64,000 nucleotides of DNA from a bacterium (GTDB taxonomy: Bacteria > Patescibacteriota > Minisyncoccia > Phycocordibacterales > JAUSHB01), in contig JAUSHB010000013.1 in assembly GCA_030648955.1 (NCBI GenBank), forward strand, positions 76,675-140,674, in the 5' to 3' direction. Shown here piece by piece: positions 19,094 through 29,461 of the stretch. Position 1 is the stretch's first letter. Every line of letters begins with the position of its first letter. The notes below the pieces were generated by a model. It was not told the origin of the DNA. It made no database searches and was given only the letters and a program-made list of their open reading frames with translations. The position numbers and the translations under genes were made by a program.

Positions 19094-22000
19094 CTATTTT
19101 TTAGAAATAATTACACCAATAGCTCTTTTTGAAAAATGTTCCACCGTTTCCTTTGGTTCGGGAGTTATGCCACTTCCCGCCTTTTCGGTGAGCATTTTTA
19201 GGTACCCCTTCATTTTATCAATTGCACCGGGGGAGTCCATCCCGAACTTTTGCACACCCCCCTCATCGCCAACGAGTGTCCCACCAAAACTTTTTGTGAC
19301 TACTTCGCTTACGGGACGGTCTTTAAAATCAAGCCAGTCAATTGATTTCTCGCCATTGGTTCCCAAAAAACCATATCCAAAAAATCCTTTCGAGCCAAAC
19401 ATGGTTTGAACATCGGCATGAAGTACCGCATTGGTGTCCATAGCAAGCGCTTCGGCTGCAAGTTGTTCCATAGTTCTTCCACCCGTGTCTGGCATGCTCA
19501 ATGTGTAATCTTTGGTAATTTCCGCGAGGTGGTTTATTTCGGGTGTGACTGATGTTGCGCCATCCATGGTCCCGCTTAATATTTTTTCTACAGTTTCTGT
19601 TGTAAGAAGCGCATCGGGATGAACGGCGTGCCAGGCAGAAATTTTTTCATTATTTGTGATGATGTGAGACGACTCGGTATCAGTGAGCCCGCTTGCGCGT
19701 TCAATGATTCCCACAGACTGACCATCCTCAATCGGTATTGTTGTTGTGTTGAGTACGTCATGAATTTTGTCGAGATGGATCGTATCTCCCGCGGACAGAC
19801 TGTCCACATTGCCGCTTGATATACCAAAACTCCCCGGATCTTTTTTGATTTGTTCTATAATATTTGCGATTGCATTTGATTGCCTTCCTTCGCCATCGAG
19901 GTCTTGTATCTCCGGAATTTTTTCTTTAATGATATTCCAGAGTTTGTCATCGCCATGAACTGTGTACGATGTCTCAACCAAAGGAACTGTTTGTGTGGCC
20001 TCACTCTTAATTGATTCACGGACTGCTTCCACTTTTTGTACGTATTCATTTTGTGTGGGGTGCATTGAATTTTCTACAACCTCATGGGGTGGTGACGCGG
20101 GAATTTCGGAGGTTGAAATACTCGAAGTACTTTCTGGAATAGGAGGCGGCACTTTTAATTGGTTGGCAATTACTTCCCTCGACGTACTCCCCGCCCCACT
20201 TTCAGTCGGCGTACTCAAATAATCTCCAAGAAGTTTTCCTCCCAAAAATACTCCAGTTCCCGCAAGTGCTCCCAAGATTACATTCATGCGCATCCCCAAC
20301 ATTCTTTCTTCTTTCTCGTTACTGGCAATAGATTTTTTGGTAAGCATTCCTTCTACTGCGGCAAACATTGCAAGGCCTCCCATAGCACGCTGAAATGCTG
20401 ACCCCGTAAGTGCTGCAGTTGCTATCATCGCAGCACTAGCTCCACCAGTTGCAGCAAAAGCACTTGCTCCTCCCACAAGCAGTGCAGAGGCAATAAGTTT
20501 CTTTTTAAGTGGCAGATTGCGGTATGCATTACCAATTTTTAATGCGTACTCCACAACCTGAGAATCTTTTTCTATCGCTTCTGTATTTTCTGTAAAGGTT
20601 TGCGTCGCGCTAAGCAATTTTTCAATCCGTTCCCTTTGTTCCTGATTTGTGCCGATTGTTGCAAGGAGTCGCTCTGCGCGTGCGGGATCTTCGGATTTAA
20701 TTTTTAAAATCGCTTTTTCAAACGGATTTAGTTCTTTCTCACCCTGCTCGTTGACCTGCAAACTTTCTTGCTGTTTCTGTTTTAGTTTTTCAATAAGGGC
20801 ATTCGGGGTATCGTTTTCAGAAACTTCAATCCCATTCTCCCCCATAATTTTTTTGAGATTTACTGATACGAAGGCCGGAAATGCTCTACTTTCTACAGAC
20901 TTAAGTAATTCTTGCGCTTCTGTCGTCAACACAAACGGAACCCTCGGCATCTCTTTGATATCTTCAGGTGGTTTCTCACCAACGGGCGTTAATTTTTTAT
21001 TTTCCCCCTCGGTGCTTTGTTCACTGATAGTTTTCATTGGTGACGCAGTATCAGGGACAAGTGCTTCCTCGTTTTTTATAAGAGGAATTTCTACAGTTTG
21101 GACGATTTCACTGACAACAGAAATTGGCTTATCCTTAAGCGCTAGTTCTTTAGGGGGAACTTCCTGGTTAATCGCCGCACTCGGGACAATTACTTCTGGT
21201 ACGATTTCTGTTGCCTCGTCACTTCCCGGCATTTCATTATTGGCATGGCTGTCTTTTTCTTGTAGGGCTTTTATAACTTCAAGCGCCTCAATTTTGTGTT
21301 TTTCATTTGGGTTTGCAATCACCATTTTTGCAACGTGTGTCATCGCCCCCACGTCTTCGTTTGAAGAACTTGTGATTTTATTTTTGATATGCAGGGTACG
21401 CTCTATCTCCAATTCGCGCACCCTCTCTTTTGCCCTTCGAATACTTTTCTCAAGATCGGATGGCGTTCCTTCCCCCGCATGGTCACTCAAGCGTGCGCTT
21501 GCTTCTTTTGCTTTTCGGTTTTCAGCATCAATTTCTCTATTTATACCCACAATGGTTTCATCATAGAGGAGAGATCTGCCGAGTTCTTCATTTACGGCAG
21601 GTCGTTCATCCACAGGAGCACGTGCCTCCTGTTTAATTTTTGCGAGATTCCTCATGGGAAGAACAACCCCCTCGGGTGTTTGATAGACGAGCGAATTAAT
21701 TTCGTCGACAGACTTCTCGCCAGGGGGTGTATCGGGTTTATTGGATGCTTCAATCGACTCAACTGATGGAACTGGCGGCACGGTCGGCTCATGGTAAAAA
21801 ATCTTCGGATGTATCATTTTCGATTCCACGGTGTCCTTATCTGGTTGGTGTAGCGATTTATTTACTATCTCTAATTCACCCTCAAGCCCCGTCAATTTAT
21901 AGTTGAGGAATTTAAGTTTTTCTTGTATTACATATGAAGAATTCTTGTTCTTTTGAAGCTCGGCAATTTCTTGCTTGGTTTGGTCAATAGATGACTCCAA

Positions 22001-22411
22001 ATGTGCTTGCCTCCCCTCGTGTGACGTGTTGCCCTCATTTTCACCACTCTCCACCGCCTTAATTTTTTCATTATTGCCCATAGTGGTTGCGTTGTTATTA
22101 CTATCGTTTTCGGTAATTATTTCATATCCATGTGTATCGGCAAAACTATTAACTATCGTGACACGGTCAGATAATTCTTTTTCAAGCGATCCCAGGGTTT
22201 TTTCACTTTCAGCGGTAGGTTTCCCGAGTACTTTATCGCGACTCATGTCTTCTTTTACCCTTGCAATTTCATCTTTTATCCTTGTTTGTTCATCTTCATT
22301 GAGTATTACCCCAGTCATTAGTTCGCGCTCTTCAGGGGTAAATTCCTCACTGCTTTTGCTTTTTGTATCAGTTAGGTTGTCTAGATTAGTATTGTGTGCA
22401 ACCTCATTCAT
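19094..22411 (-). CDS. Large 1105-aa protein: acidic coiled coils, Gly/Ala hydrophobic segment, LysM-like motif
   Basis: Long ORF; LLVGGASAFAATGG hydrophobic stretch; YTVHGDDKLWNII. Confidence 0.75.
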   Translation of the reverse strand: MNEVAHNTNLDNLTDTKSKSSEEFTPEERELMTGVILNEDEQTRIKDEIARVKEDMSRDKVLGKPTAESEKTLGSLEKELSDRVTIVNSFADTHGYEIITENDSNNNATTMGNNEKIKAVESGENEGNTSHEGRQAHLESSIDQTKQEIAELQKNKNSSYVIQEKLKFLNYKLTGLEGELEIVNKSLHQPDKDTVESKMIHPKIFYHEPTVPPVPSVESIEASNKPDTPPGEKSVDEINSLVYQTPEGVVLPMRNLAKIKQEARAPVDERPAVNEELGRSLLYDETIVGINREIDAENRKAKEASARLSDHAGEGTPSDLEKSIRRAKERVRELEIERTLHIKNKITSSSNEDVGAMTHVAKMVIANPNEKHKIEALEVIKALQEKDSHANNEMPGSDEATEIVPEVIVPSAAINQEVPPKELALKDKPISVVSEIVQTVEIPLIKNEEALVPDTASPMKTISEQSTEGENKKLTPVGEKPPEDIKEMPRVPFVLTTEAQELLKSVESRAFPAFVSVNLKKIMGENGIEVSENDTPNALIEKLKQKQQESLQVNEQGEKELNPFEKAILKIKSEDPARAERLLATIGTNQEQRERIEKLLSATQTFTENTEAIEKDSQVVEYALKIGNAYRNLPLKKKLIASALLVGGASAFAATGGASAAMIATAALTGSAFQRAMGGLAMFAAVEGMLTKKSIASNEKEERMLGMRMNVILGALAGTGVFLGGKLLGDYLSTPTESGAGSTSREVIANQLKVPPPIPESTSSISTSEIPASPPHEVVENSMHPTQNEYVQKVEAVRESIKSEATQTVPLVETSYTVHGDDKLWNIIKEKIPEIQDLDGEGRQSNAIANIIEQIKKDPGSFGISSGNVDSLSAGDTIHLDKIHDVLNTTTIPIEDGQSVGIIERASGLTDTESSHIITNNEKISAWHAVHPDALLTTETVEKILSGTMDGATSVTPEINHLAEITKDYTLSMPDTGGRTMEQLAAEALAMDTNAVLHADVQTMFGSKGFFGYGFLGTNGEKSIDWLDFKDRPVSEVVTKSFGGTLVGDEGGVQKFGMDSPGAIDKMKGYLKMLTEKAGSGITPEPKETVEHFSKRAIGVIISKK

Positions 22412-22652
22412 GTCAACATGATAGCAAATCTAAACAGAACTGTCGCTATACTTTTTTAAAAAACGTTACGATTTATCAAAAAAATGCTTATCACCCACAC
22501 CTATTTTTGAATTATTACATCGCATTTCCATCACCCTTACTCAAGATACTCTATAATGTTCCCCCAATATAGACTGTATATCTACATGAACATGCAAAAA
22601 TACGACACAAAAGTTGGTGTTGTGGGTTATCCACACCGATAAGATTGCCCCG

Positions 22653-22681
22653 TTGACTTTCAACCCCCGTTGAGGTATACT
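22653..22681 (+). promoter_or_regulatory. Sigma70-type promoter
   Basis: TTGACT-17 bp-TATACT upstream of the LysM/M23 gene. Confidence 0.65.
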
Positions 22682-22914
22682 TGACAGCGAGGTAAGAATA
22701 GGTTGTAGAGACATGCTGAACGAATATTTCCCCGTCTTAATTTATGTAAATATAAAAAGGGCGTGGGTAAACACGAAGTGTTTGAGCGAGTTTGTTTGAC
22801 TGCGAGTAATCTCGCTCAGACAGTCTCGTAGTCAGACAAGATAAAGAAAGAATACGGAATTACCTTTTAATTTTTAGGCTTATACATACTCATAAACAGG
22901 ACCCTGGCTTACCC

Positions 22915-23997
22915 GTGGTGACCGAGAACCAGGCTAAAAAAGAATCGTTTTTATGGCTTCCTACTAAAAAGTCTGCTTTTTTGTTCTTGTGTGCGGTTAT
23001 CATTGTATCCCCCGTTGCATATGCAAATGCGGGGTTTCTTTCATTATTGGGTTCCATATTTGGTACAACCGCAGCGGCAAATCCTGCTCAAGAAGTAACC
23101 ATAGATTATGTGAACTCGCAAAATATCGGTCTTCTCCAAGCAGCAGTAAATCTCAATCCTAAGTTAGCACGAGGCGGGGGCGACATTACTATTGTCAATG
23201 ATAGCGCCCTTCTTTCAGACATTGGTCCAATGGGAAGTGCTGTTGGCGTTGAGGAAACATCTTCAAAGAGCGATCAATTAAGCATCTACGTTGTTCGAAA
23301 GGGTGATTCACTCTCACAAATTGCTCAAATGTTCGGCGTTTCTGTGAATACCATTATTTGGTCAAATGATATTCCACGTGGTGGTTCTATCCGTGTAGGG
23401 GAAACTCTGGTCATCCTCCCTGTATCGGGGGTGAGTCATGTTATTGCTAAGGGGGATACCATAAAATCAATCGCAACAAAATATAAAGGTGATGCAGAAG
23501 AAATTCTTGGATTCAATGGGCTTGGTGATAGTGACGCTCTGGCAATTGGATCTACGATTATCATTCCTGAAGGAATGCTTTCTTTGCCAACGCCGGCTTC
23601 TATTTCATACACAAAGCCAAAGGGAACAAATGGTCCTTCGTACAGTGGCTACTATTTGCGTCCCGTGAATGGCACAAGATCACAGGGGATACATGGTTAT
23701 AACGGCATAGATCTTGCTGCTCCGACGGGAACACCAGTGTTTGCTTCAGCCAGTGGAGATGTCGTGGTGAGTAAGTATCGCGAGGGTAATCCATGGTTCG
23801 GTGGATATGGTAATTATGTTGTAATTAGCCACGAAAATGGTACACAGACGCTATATGCCCACATGAGTAAAGTAATTGTTGGAGAAGAATGGAGGGTAGT
23901 TAAGGGGCAGGTGATTGGATATGTAGGATCAACAGGAAGATCAACAGGGGCACACCTTCACTTTGAAGTTCGTGGAGCAAGAAATCCATTTCAATAA
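22915..23997 (+). CDS. LysM x2 + M23 peptidase
   Basis: YVVRKGDSLSQIA; HGYNGID, YAHMS, GRSTGAHLHFE. Confidence 0.93.
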   Translation: MVTENQAKKESFLWLPTKKSAFLFLCAVIIVSPVAYANAGFLSLLGSIFGTTAAANPAQEVTIDYVNSQNIGLLQAAVNLNPKLARGGGDITIVNDSALLSDIGPMGSAVGVEETSSKSDQLSIYVVRKGDSLSQIAQMFGVSVNTIIWSNDIPRGGSIRVGETLVILPVSGVSHVIAKGDTIKSIATKYKGDAEEILGFNGLGDSDALAIGSTIIIPEGMLSLPTPASISYTKPKGTNGPSYSGYYLRPVNGTRSQGIHGYNGIDLAAPTGTPVFASASGDVVVSKYREGNPWFGGYGNYVVISHENGTQTLYAHMSKVIVGEEWRVVKGQVIGYVGSTGRSTGAHLHFEVRGARNPFQ

Positions 23998-24037
23998 TTT
24001 TTGAAGATAGGTTAGTCTAGACAATACGTTCAAGTGA

Positions 24038-24066
24038 GAAAAACCCCTCGAGAGAGAGGTTTTTCT
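24038..24066 (+). terminator. Intrinsic terminator-like hairpin
   Basis: Hairpin followed by a T-run after the M23 gene. Confidence 0.5.
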
Positions 24067-24120
24067 TTATTTAAGCTTTCCAAAGCCTCGCCTTGGAAAG
24101 CTTAAAGCTTGGGAGTGGGG

Positions 24121-25698
24121 TTAATGATTGATGCCCGTTCCCCTCTTTGGCCGATATTGGAGTGCTTCAAGGATGTGTTGCTCACCTACCGCACTCACAC
24201 CCTCCAAGTCTGCGATAGTGCGAGCAACTTTCAAAAGGCGATGGTGCGCTCTTCCAGAAAGATTAAATTTTTCCGCTGATGCATTCACCATGTCAACGAG
24301 TTTGTCACTTAATTTCACCAACACTTCCAAATCTTTTGCACCCATCTCACTATTTGTTTTGATGTGGTGTTGGTGAAATTTAAATCTCTCATTTTGCATA
24401 GTTCGCGCGCTTCTCACTCTTTCCCGTATCGCAGTACTTGTTTCTCCTTTATTTTCTGAATCAGAAAGTTTTTTGTGGTCAACGCGGGCTACTTCAACCC
24501 AAATATCAATACGATCCGCGATGGGGCCCGAAATCCTACTCTGATATCGAACAAGCGACCCCGGCATGCAAACACACTGTTTTTCTGTGCCATAATTTCC
24601 GCACGGACATGGATTGAGCGCTCCGATAAGAATAAAATTTGCAGGAAATAATTCCGTCCCCTTCGCTCTTGAGATGCTTACCATATTATCTTCGAGTGGC
24701 TGACGCAATGATTCGATAACGCGCTTGTCAAAAAGCGGAAATTCATCAAGAAAAAGAACACCCCGATGCGCGAGGGTCACTTCTCCCGGTTTTGGAAATG
24801 ATCCTCCTCCAACAATAGATACATATGATGACGTATGGTGCGGAGAACGAAAAGGCGGTTCCACAATGAGACTGTCTTTGAGTGCTCCTGCAACCGAATG
24901 GATGCCGGTTACTTCGATGATCTCATCAAAACTAAGGTCTGGAAGAATGTGGGGGAACGCTTTTGCAAGCATCGTCTTCCCCGCTCCGGGGGAACCCCAC
25001 ATTGCGATATTGTGTCCGCCCGCGGCGGCAATCTCAAGCCCCCGTTTTGCTGTTTCTTGTCCCTTAACATCGGAAAAATCAATAAGGCGACTTCTGCGTT
25101 TCACAGTTTCAATGCGCAATGGATCGTATTGCGCCGGCTTTATTTTTTTGTGAATGGTATCACCCCCCTTTACATACTCATGAAGGTGTTCAAAAACATC
25201 TTTTAAATTTTTTGCTCCGAAGATTGAAATACCTTCGACCAGAGATGCTTCCGTGATATTTCCTTCCGGCAAATATACTTCTTTAAACCCTGATCGCTTG
25301 GCTTTATCAACCAAGACGAGTGCTCCTTTAATGGGACGGAGTTCTCCATCGAGGGAAAGTTCCCCCAAAAATATTTTTTCTTTCGGATTAAAACGAAGAT
25401 CTCCTGCAGCGACAAGATACGCTATCGAGATGGGGAGATCAAATAGCGGACCCTCCTTTTTTACATCGGCAGGAGCGAGAGAAACCACCACTTTTTGATT
25501 TTTTTGTTTCGGTGATTTAAATCCGGAATTTTTAATTGCAGAACTGACGCGGTCACGTGATTCCTCGACGGCTTTGTCGGGAAGACCGACGGTCGTGAAA
25601 GAGTGAAGTCCTTTCGATATGTCCACTTCTACGTCAATAATTTGCGCCGAGAGACCAGTTGTTTGCGCTGAATAAACCTTAGAGAATGGCATACCCAT
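24121..25698 (-). CDS. comM: ComM/YifB Mg-chelatase-like AAA+ ATPase
   Basis: VGLPDKAVEESRDRV, GELSLDG, GSPGAGKT, PFRSPHH, GVLFLDE, NPCPCG. Confidence 0.96.
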   Translation of the reverse strand: MGMPFSKVYSAQTTGLSAQIIDVEVDISKGLHSFTTVGLPDKAVEESRDRVSSAIKNSGFKSPKQKNQKVVVSLAPADVKKEGPLFDLPISIAYLVAAGDLRFNPKEKIFLGELSLDGELRPIKGALVLVDKAKRSGFKEVYLPEGNITEASLVEGISIFGAKNLKDVFEHLHEYVKGGDTIHKKIKPAQYDPLRIETVKRRSRLIDFSDVKGQETAKRGLEIAAAGGHNIAMWGSPGAGKTMLAKAFPHILPDLSFDEIIEVTGIHSVAGALKDSLIVEPPFRSPHHTSSYVSIVGGGSFPKPGEVTLAHRGVLFLDEFPLFDKRVIESLRQPLEDNMVSISRAKGTELFPANFILIGALNPCPCGNYGTEKQCVCMPGSLVRYQSRISGPIADRIDIWVEVARVDHKKLSDSENKGETSTAIRERVRSARTMQNERFKFHQHHIKTNSEMGAKDLEVLVKLSDKLVDMVNASAEKFNLSGRAHHRLLKVARTIADLEGVSAVGEQHILEALQYRPKRGTGINH

Positions 25699-25704
25699 TG
25701 AGTG

Positions 25705-26079
25705 TTAACTGTTCATATGTTTGATGCAGGTTATTGCGGCAGGATTTGCTTCAAGGCGTGCAATTTCGATTGGTTCATTTCCAACCTCGCATACCCCATA
25801 GGTATTGTTTTTTATTTTATCAAGCGCCCGCGTGATACTCCCAAGCTTGTTTTCAAGCTCAACCTCAACTGCGCCTCTTTCCTCAAATTCTTCCATCTGT
25901 TCCGCAACTTCCGTTTTATCTGCAGAAGAAACGTCGATAGGAGAAGGAGTCGCTTCCCAGTCCTTAGGGTTTTCGGGGTTTATCCGCCCGACACCCCGGA
26001 GCTCTCCCTCGATAAGCGTTTTCTCTGCTTCAAGCTTTTCTTTAAAATGTGCTGTGTCAATCGATGTGTTTTTATGCAT
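25705..26079 (-). CDS. TraR/DksA-family regulator
   Basis: RALDKIKNNTYGVCE...IEIARLEANPAAITC. Confidence 0.88.
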   Translation of the reverse strand: MHKNTSIDTAHFKEKLEAEKTLIEGELRGVGRINPENPKDWEATPSPIDVSSADKTEVAEQMEEFEERGAVEVELENKLGSITRALDKIKNNTYGVCEVGNEPIEIARLEANPAAITCIKHMNS

Positions 26080-26214
26080 AGTGCTCTTATGATACCAGAC
26101 AAGTCGTGGAGCGCAAAGCGTGTAGCAGCTACTGACCCCTACGAAGGTCGGACCTCTGTAGGGGTGACGAATGACAAAGGTAACGCGAGGACAAATTGAT
26201 TCTAGAGCAAGGAC

Positions 26215-26838
26215 TCACCTTACTTTCACATCAAAAAATTGAATACTCTCCCAAATCCTTTCAACATCATCAAGGGGCATATTCATTGTTATTATGTCAA
26301 AGAAAAATCCGTTTTGGATAAATAGCATATGCCGTTCGCGGAGTATTTCCGGTTGAGGGTGTACCAAATCTTGTGGAGAGGTAGTAATAATAGCCTCAAT
26401 ACCAAAAATATTCTTTTTCTCTTGTATAAGGCCGCTATACCCTCCGTCTTGAACCAGATACTTCTCAACAGAAGTAAGGGGTGTCTCATCGATAGATATG
26501 AAGAAAATTCTCTCTTTGGGGGTTGTGTCAGTAAACGAAATACTGTAAGAATCATATTCCTTTCCTGCGTGTTCCCAAACATTAACAGAATGGCGTATCT
26601 CCATGTCTGCCGGGATCTCTATGGAAAACTGAAACATCTTATTTACATAAGAAGACCAGCTCTTGACCGAAGGAATGTATGCTTTACCAAATAAAACCGG
26701 TAGATCTTTTCCTTGCAAGGTTCGCTTAAATTGATGCTCAAATGATGGTTGTTTGATTTGGCTACCATCTGTTTCAAAAAAATAATAACTCAATACACTC
26801 AACACAACCAACACGGCAATAAAATAAAGGTATTTCAT
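26215..26838 (-). CDS. Membrane-anchored PsbP-like hypothetical protein
   Basis: N-terminal TM; WSSYVNKMFQFSIEIP...IWESIQF. Confidence 0.6.
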   Translation of the reverse strand: MKYLYFIAVLVVLSVLSYYFFETDGSQIKQPSFEHQFKRTLQGKDLPVLFGKAYIPSVKSWSSYVNKMFQFSIEIPADMEIRHSVNVWEHAGKEYDSYSISFTDTTPKERIFFISIDETPLTSVEKYLVQDGGYSGLIQEKKNIFGIEAIITTSPQDLVHPQPEILRERHMLFIQNGFFFDIITMNMPLDDVERIWESIQFFDVKVR

Positions 26839-26904
26839 ATATTTACATTATAAAATAATAAAAAAGGCGACACAAACTGCGCGCCGCCTTTTCAAATGAA
26901 GATA

Positions 26905-27450
26905 CTATTGGATGAAATACACCGTGAACGAGCTGCCGCCTTGTACTTGAGAATAAAACTTCGCAAAGGTAACCGTCCGTGTTTTCACAAGTGCATCATT
27001 GTTGTTCCATGGCGTGCTGTCGTAATTACTTTCAGTAAATGTCACCGTGGTGCTAGTCTTTGCGGTAACAATTGCCGTATGTGGCCAACCACTGGCAAGG
27101 CGCATCTGGATAATGTACCCAGGAATAACATTTTCAATCGGCATACTCATACCGATCACGTGCCCACTGATATCATAGTCCCACATATAGTCATACGGTG
27201 ACGATCTAGTGGAGGGTATTGTAACATGTTTCCCTGAGGCTTCGTACACCACTTTACGAGCCCAATCCTTACAAGACAAGCCTGACCACTGATTAACATC
27301 TTGATTTGCCCTGCTCACAATGGCAGAGTTCCTTTGTGATTGTGGCATGGTATGCCACCAATACGTAGAACCTCCTGGTGAATCAGCGCGAGCGACACCA
27401 ATCAAGCCGCCAACCATAACAGCAACAGTCAAGAATGCTTTTACATTCAT
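26905..27450 (-). CDS. Secreted CHAP-domain (Cys/His) amidase/peptidase
   Basis: Signal peptide; SCKDWA, PHTAIV, ESNY catalytic pattern. Confidence 0.75.
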   Translation of the reverse strand: MNVKAFLTVAVMVGGLIGVARADSPGGSTYWWHTMPQSQRNSAIVSRANQDVNQWSGLSCKDWARKVVYEASGKHVTIPSTRSSPYDYMWDYDISGHVIGMSMPIENVIPGYIIQMRLASGWPHTAIVTAKTSTTVTFTESNYDSTPWNNNDALVKTRTVTFAKFYSQVQGGSSFTVYFIQ

Positions 27451-27700
27451 CCGATATCTCCTCTATAAATTTATGGGAAGGAACTAATGTCGGTTGCTAA
27501 CCAACCAACTTTGCCATAGTAGCATATTTCCGTTTTTTTTTGCAATTGATTGTTGAATGTAGCTGTGAAAAAAGGTTTATGGAGTGATAAGGAGGTGAGA
27601 CATCTGTATCATCTGTAGTTGTATTTCCACATACATTTATCTCACGCTATAGTTCATTATAAATGTATGCGAAATAATATTCATTCATGGTAAATACCCA

Positions 27701-28735
27701 TTATTGCGTAACCCGCTTCGGCTGATTAAGGATATCGAGAATATTTCCAAATGTTTCTTTGTCCGGCGCAACGAGAAGGGTGTTGCGGTCAACAAATGAA
27801 TATATAAACACGGGCTCCTGTGCACGATCAAGGAGCGCGCGAGTATCCTTGTTTTGCATTACCACGTCTTTAAATCTTCCCGTTCCCTCTTTTGACCCAA
27901 TAAGGAAGCCCAAATTTTGCAGAAGTGTTTTTTCCCACGAAAGCATACCGGCAAACGATGCTTCAAATGAATTTGTTTTAAAAATAAGAAATGCGTGACC
28001 TTTTTGGGCGGTGTCATAATAAATCCCAAGCATAAAATTATCATCAAGTGCACGGACGAGGACGTCGGGTGCGTTTGTAAAATATGTGCTCAAGAACACT
28101 CCGGCAGGTAAATTACTTTTGCCGGCTACCAAGTCTGGTAATCCTTGCATGCGTACTTGCGTGAGCGCAATGTTTGTAATCGATCCCGATTCCGGGGTCT
28201 TCCCTGCTTCATCCGCAACAGTGTCAGCCAGAGTATTTTTAGAATTGTTTGCAGTAGAATCAACTTCCCGCTCATAACGAGGAACTATAATAAACGGAGT
28301 TGATGAGTTGATTTTTACAACAACGGTTTCTCCTGGCGGAGTAGATGTAAACGAAAAATTACCATAACGAACGAGTGTGAATATTCCTCCGCCAGCAGCA
28401 ATCAGACCGACTACAATAGCGGCAATGACCATAATACGCTTTTGATTTTCGGGACTTATTGTTGGCGGAGTTTCAGATTCTTTCTCCGCAGCTCTTTTTT
28501 TCTGTTCCCTAAGCGCAATACTCGCAAGGCTTTCTTTTTGTCGCTGTATCGCTTCCTCGGCATCGCCACGGTATGTTTTAAGGGGACGGATGGTCATGCG
28601 ATGGGTACCTTTCTGTGTATCTGCTGGTATATTTTGCCCGTCTATTGGTAATATTTGTGTAAACACAGACCGATCGCTATTTTTTCCGATCGAATTCTGT
28701 GCGGATTTATTTTCTGTTTTATTCTCTCCTGGCAT
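27701..28735 (-). CDS. Single-TM hypothetical protein
   Basis: Central TM; FAGMLSWEK and FKDVVMQNKDTR motifs. Confidence 0.7.
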   Translation of the reverse strand: MPGENKTENKSAQNSIGKNSDRSVFTQILPIDGQNIPADTQKGTHRMTIRPLKTYRGDAEEAIQRQKESLASIALREQKKRAAEKESETPPTISPENQKRIMVIAAIVVGLIAAGGGIFTLVRYGNFSFTSTPPGETVVVKINSSTPFIIVPRYEREVDSTANNSKNTLADTVADEAGKTPESGSITNIALTQVRMQGLPDLVAGKSNLPAGVFLSTYFTNAPDVLVRALDDNFMLGIYYDTAQKGHAFLIFKTNSFEASFAGMLSWEKTLLQNLGFLIGSKEGTGRFKDVVMQNKDTRALLDRAQEPVFIYSFVDRNTLLVAPDKETFGNILDILNQPKRVTQ

Positions 28736-28802
28736 CGTGGTTATTTTTTTGAAGCGTATAAAACGCTCAATCCTACTTTACCATATTTAGTTGCCGTCAA
28801 GA

Positions 28803-29372
28803 TTATTTTTGTAATGAACTCTGCGCTCCTCCTTGTGGACGTCGGAACTGTCGACCTCTCGGTCGTTGTGCGCCCATTAAATATTTTCCTGGATCATCAC
28901 AGAGGTCGATAAAGTCATCTGCTACTTCGCGGAGCTTCCCGGATGCGGATCTTCCAAATGCAATCACCTCTACCTGAACTCCTAGTGATTTTAAGTATTC
29001 AACAAGCGGAATAAAGTCTCCGTCCCCAGAAGCAATTACGATGGTGTCGAGCTTGGACGCAAATCGAATCGCATCAACAGCGATCCCGACATCCCAGTCG
29101 GCCTTTTTTGCACCACCAAAAAATATTTGCAAATCTTTTGTCTTTGCTTCAATGCCGAGTTTCCCGAGTGCATCAAAGAAATTCTTTTCTTCGCCGGATT
29201 CAGTAGTAATGACATATGCGATTGCGCGCACGAGTTCTCTTCCCGCCACGGCATCTTTCATGATTGCCCCGAAATTAACTCTCGCTTTATATAAATTTTT
29301 TGCGCTGTGGTAGAGGTTTTGTGTATCAATAAAAATTCCAACCCGTTGTCCTTTGTGTTTAATGACCGACAT
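28803..29372 (-). CDS. NYN domain (LabA/DUF88) protein
   Basis: FIDTQNLY, KADWDVGIAVD, SGDGDF. Confidence 0.92.
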   Translation of the reverse strand: MSVIKHKGQRVGIFIDTQNLYHSAKNLYKARVNFGAIMKDAVAGRELVRAIAYVITTESGEEKNFFDALGKLGIEAKTKDLQIFFGGAKKADWDVGIAVDAIRFASKLDTIVIASGDGDFIPLVEYLKSLGVQVEVIAFGRSASGKLREVADDFIDLCDDPGKYLMGAQRPRGRQFRRPQGGAQSSLQK

Positions 29373-29461
29373 AGTTTAGTTAATAGGTTGTTAAGTTGAT
29401 AAGTTTCGCTTTGCTTTTTAGTTTAGAAATATAAAACCAACCAACTAATAAACTTATCAAC

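Noticed and set aside
20649-21566. Long antisense ORFs (also 43022-43882, 6310-6951 and many shorter ones)
   Set aside because: Shadows of well-supported genes on the opposite strand, with no motifs of their own.
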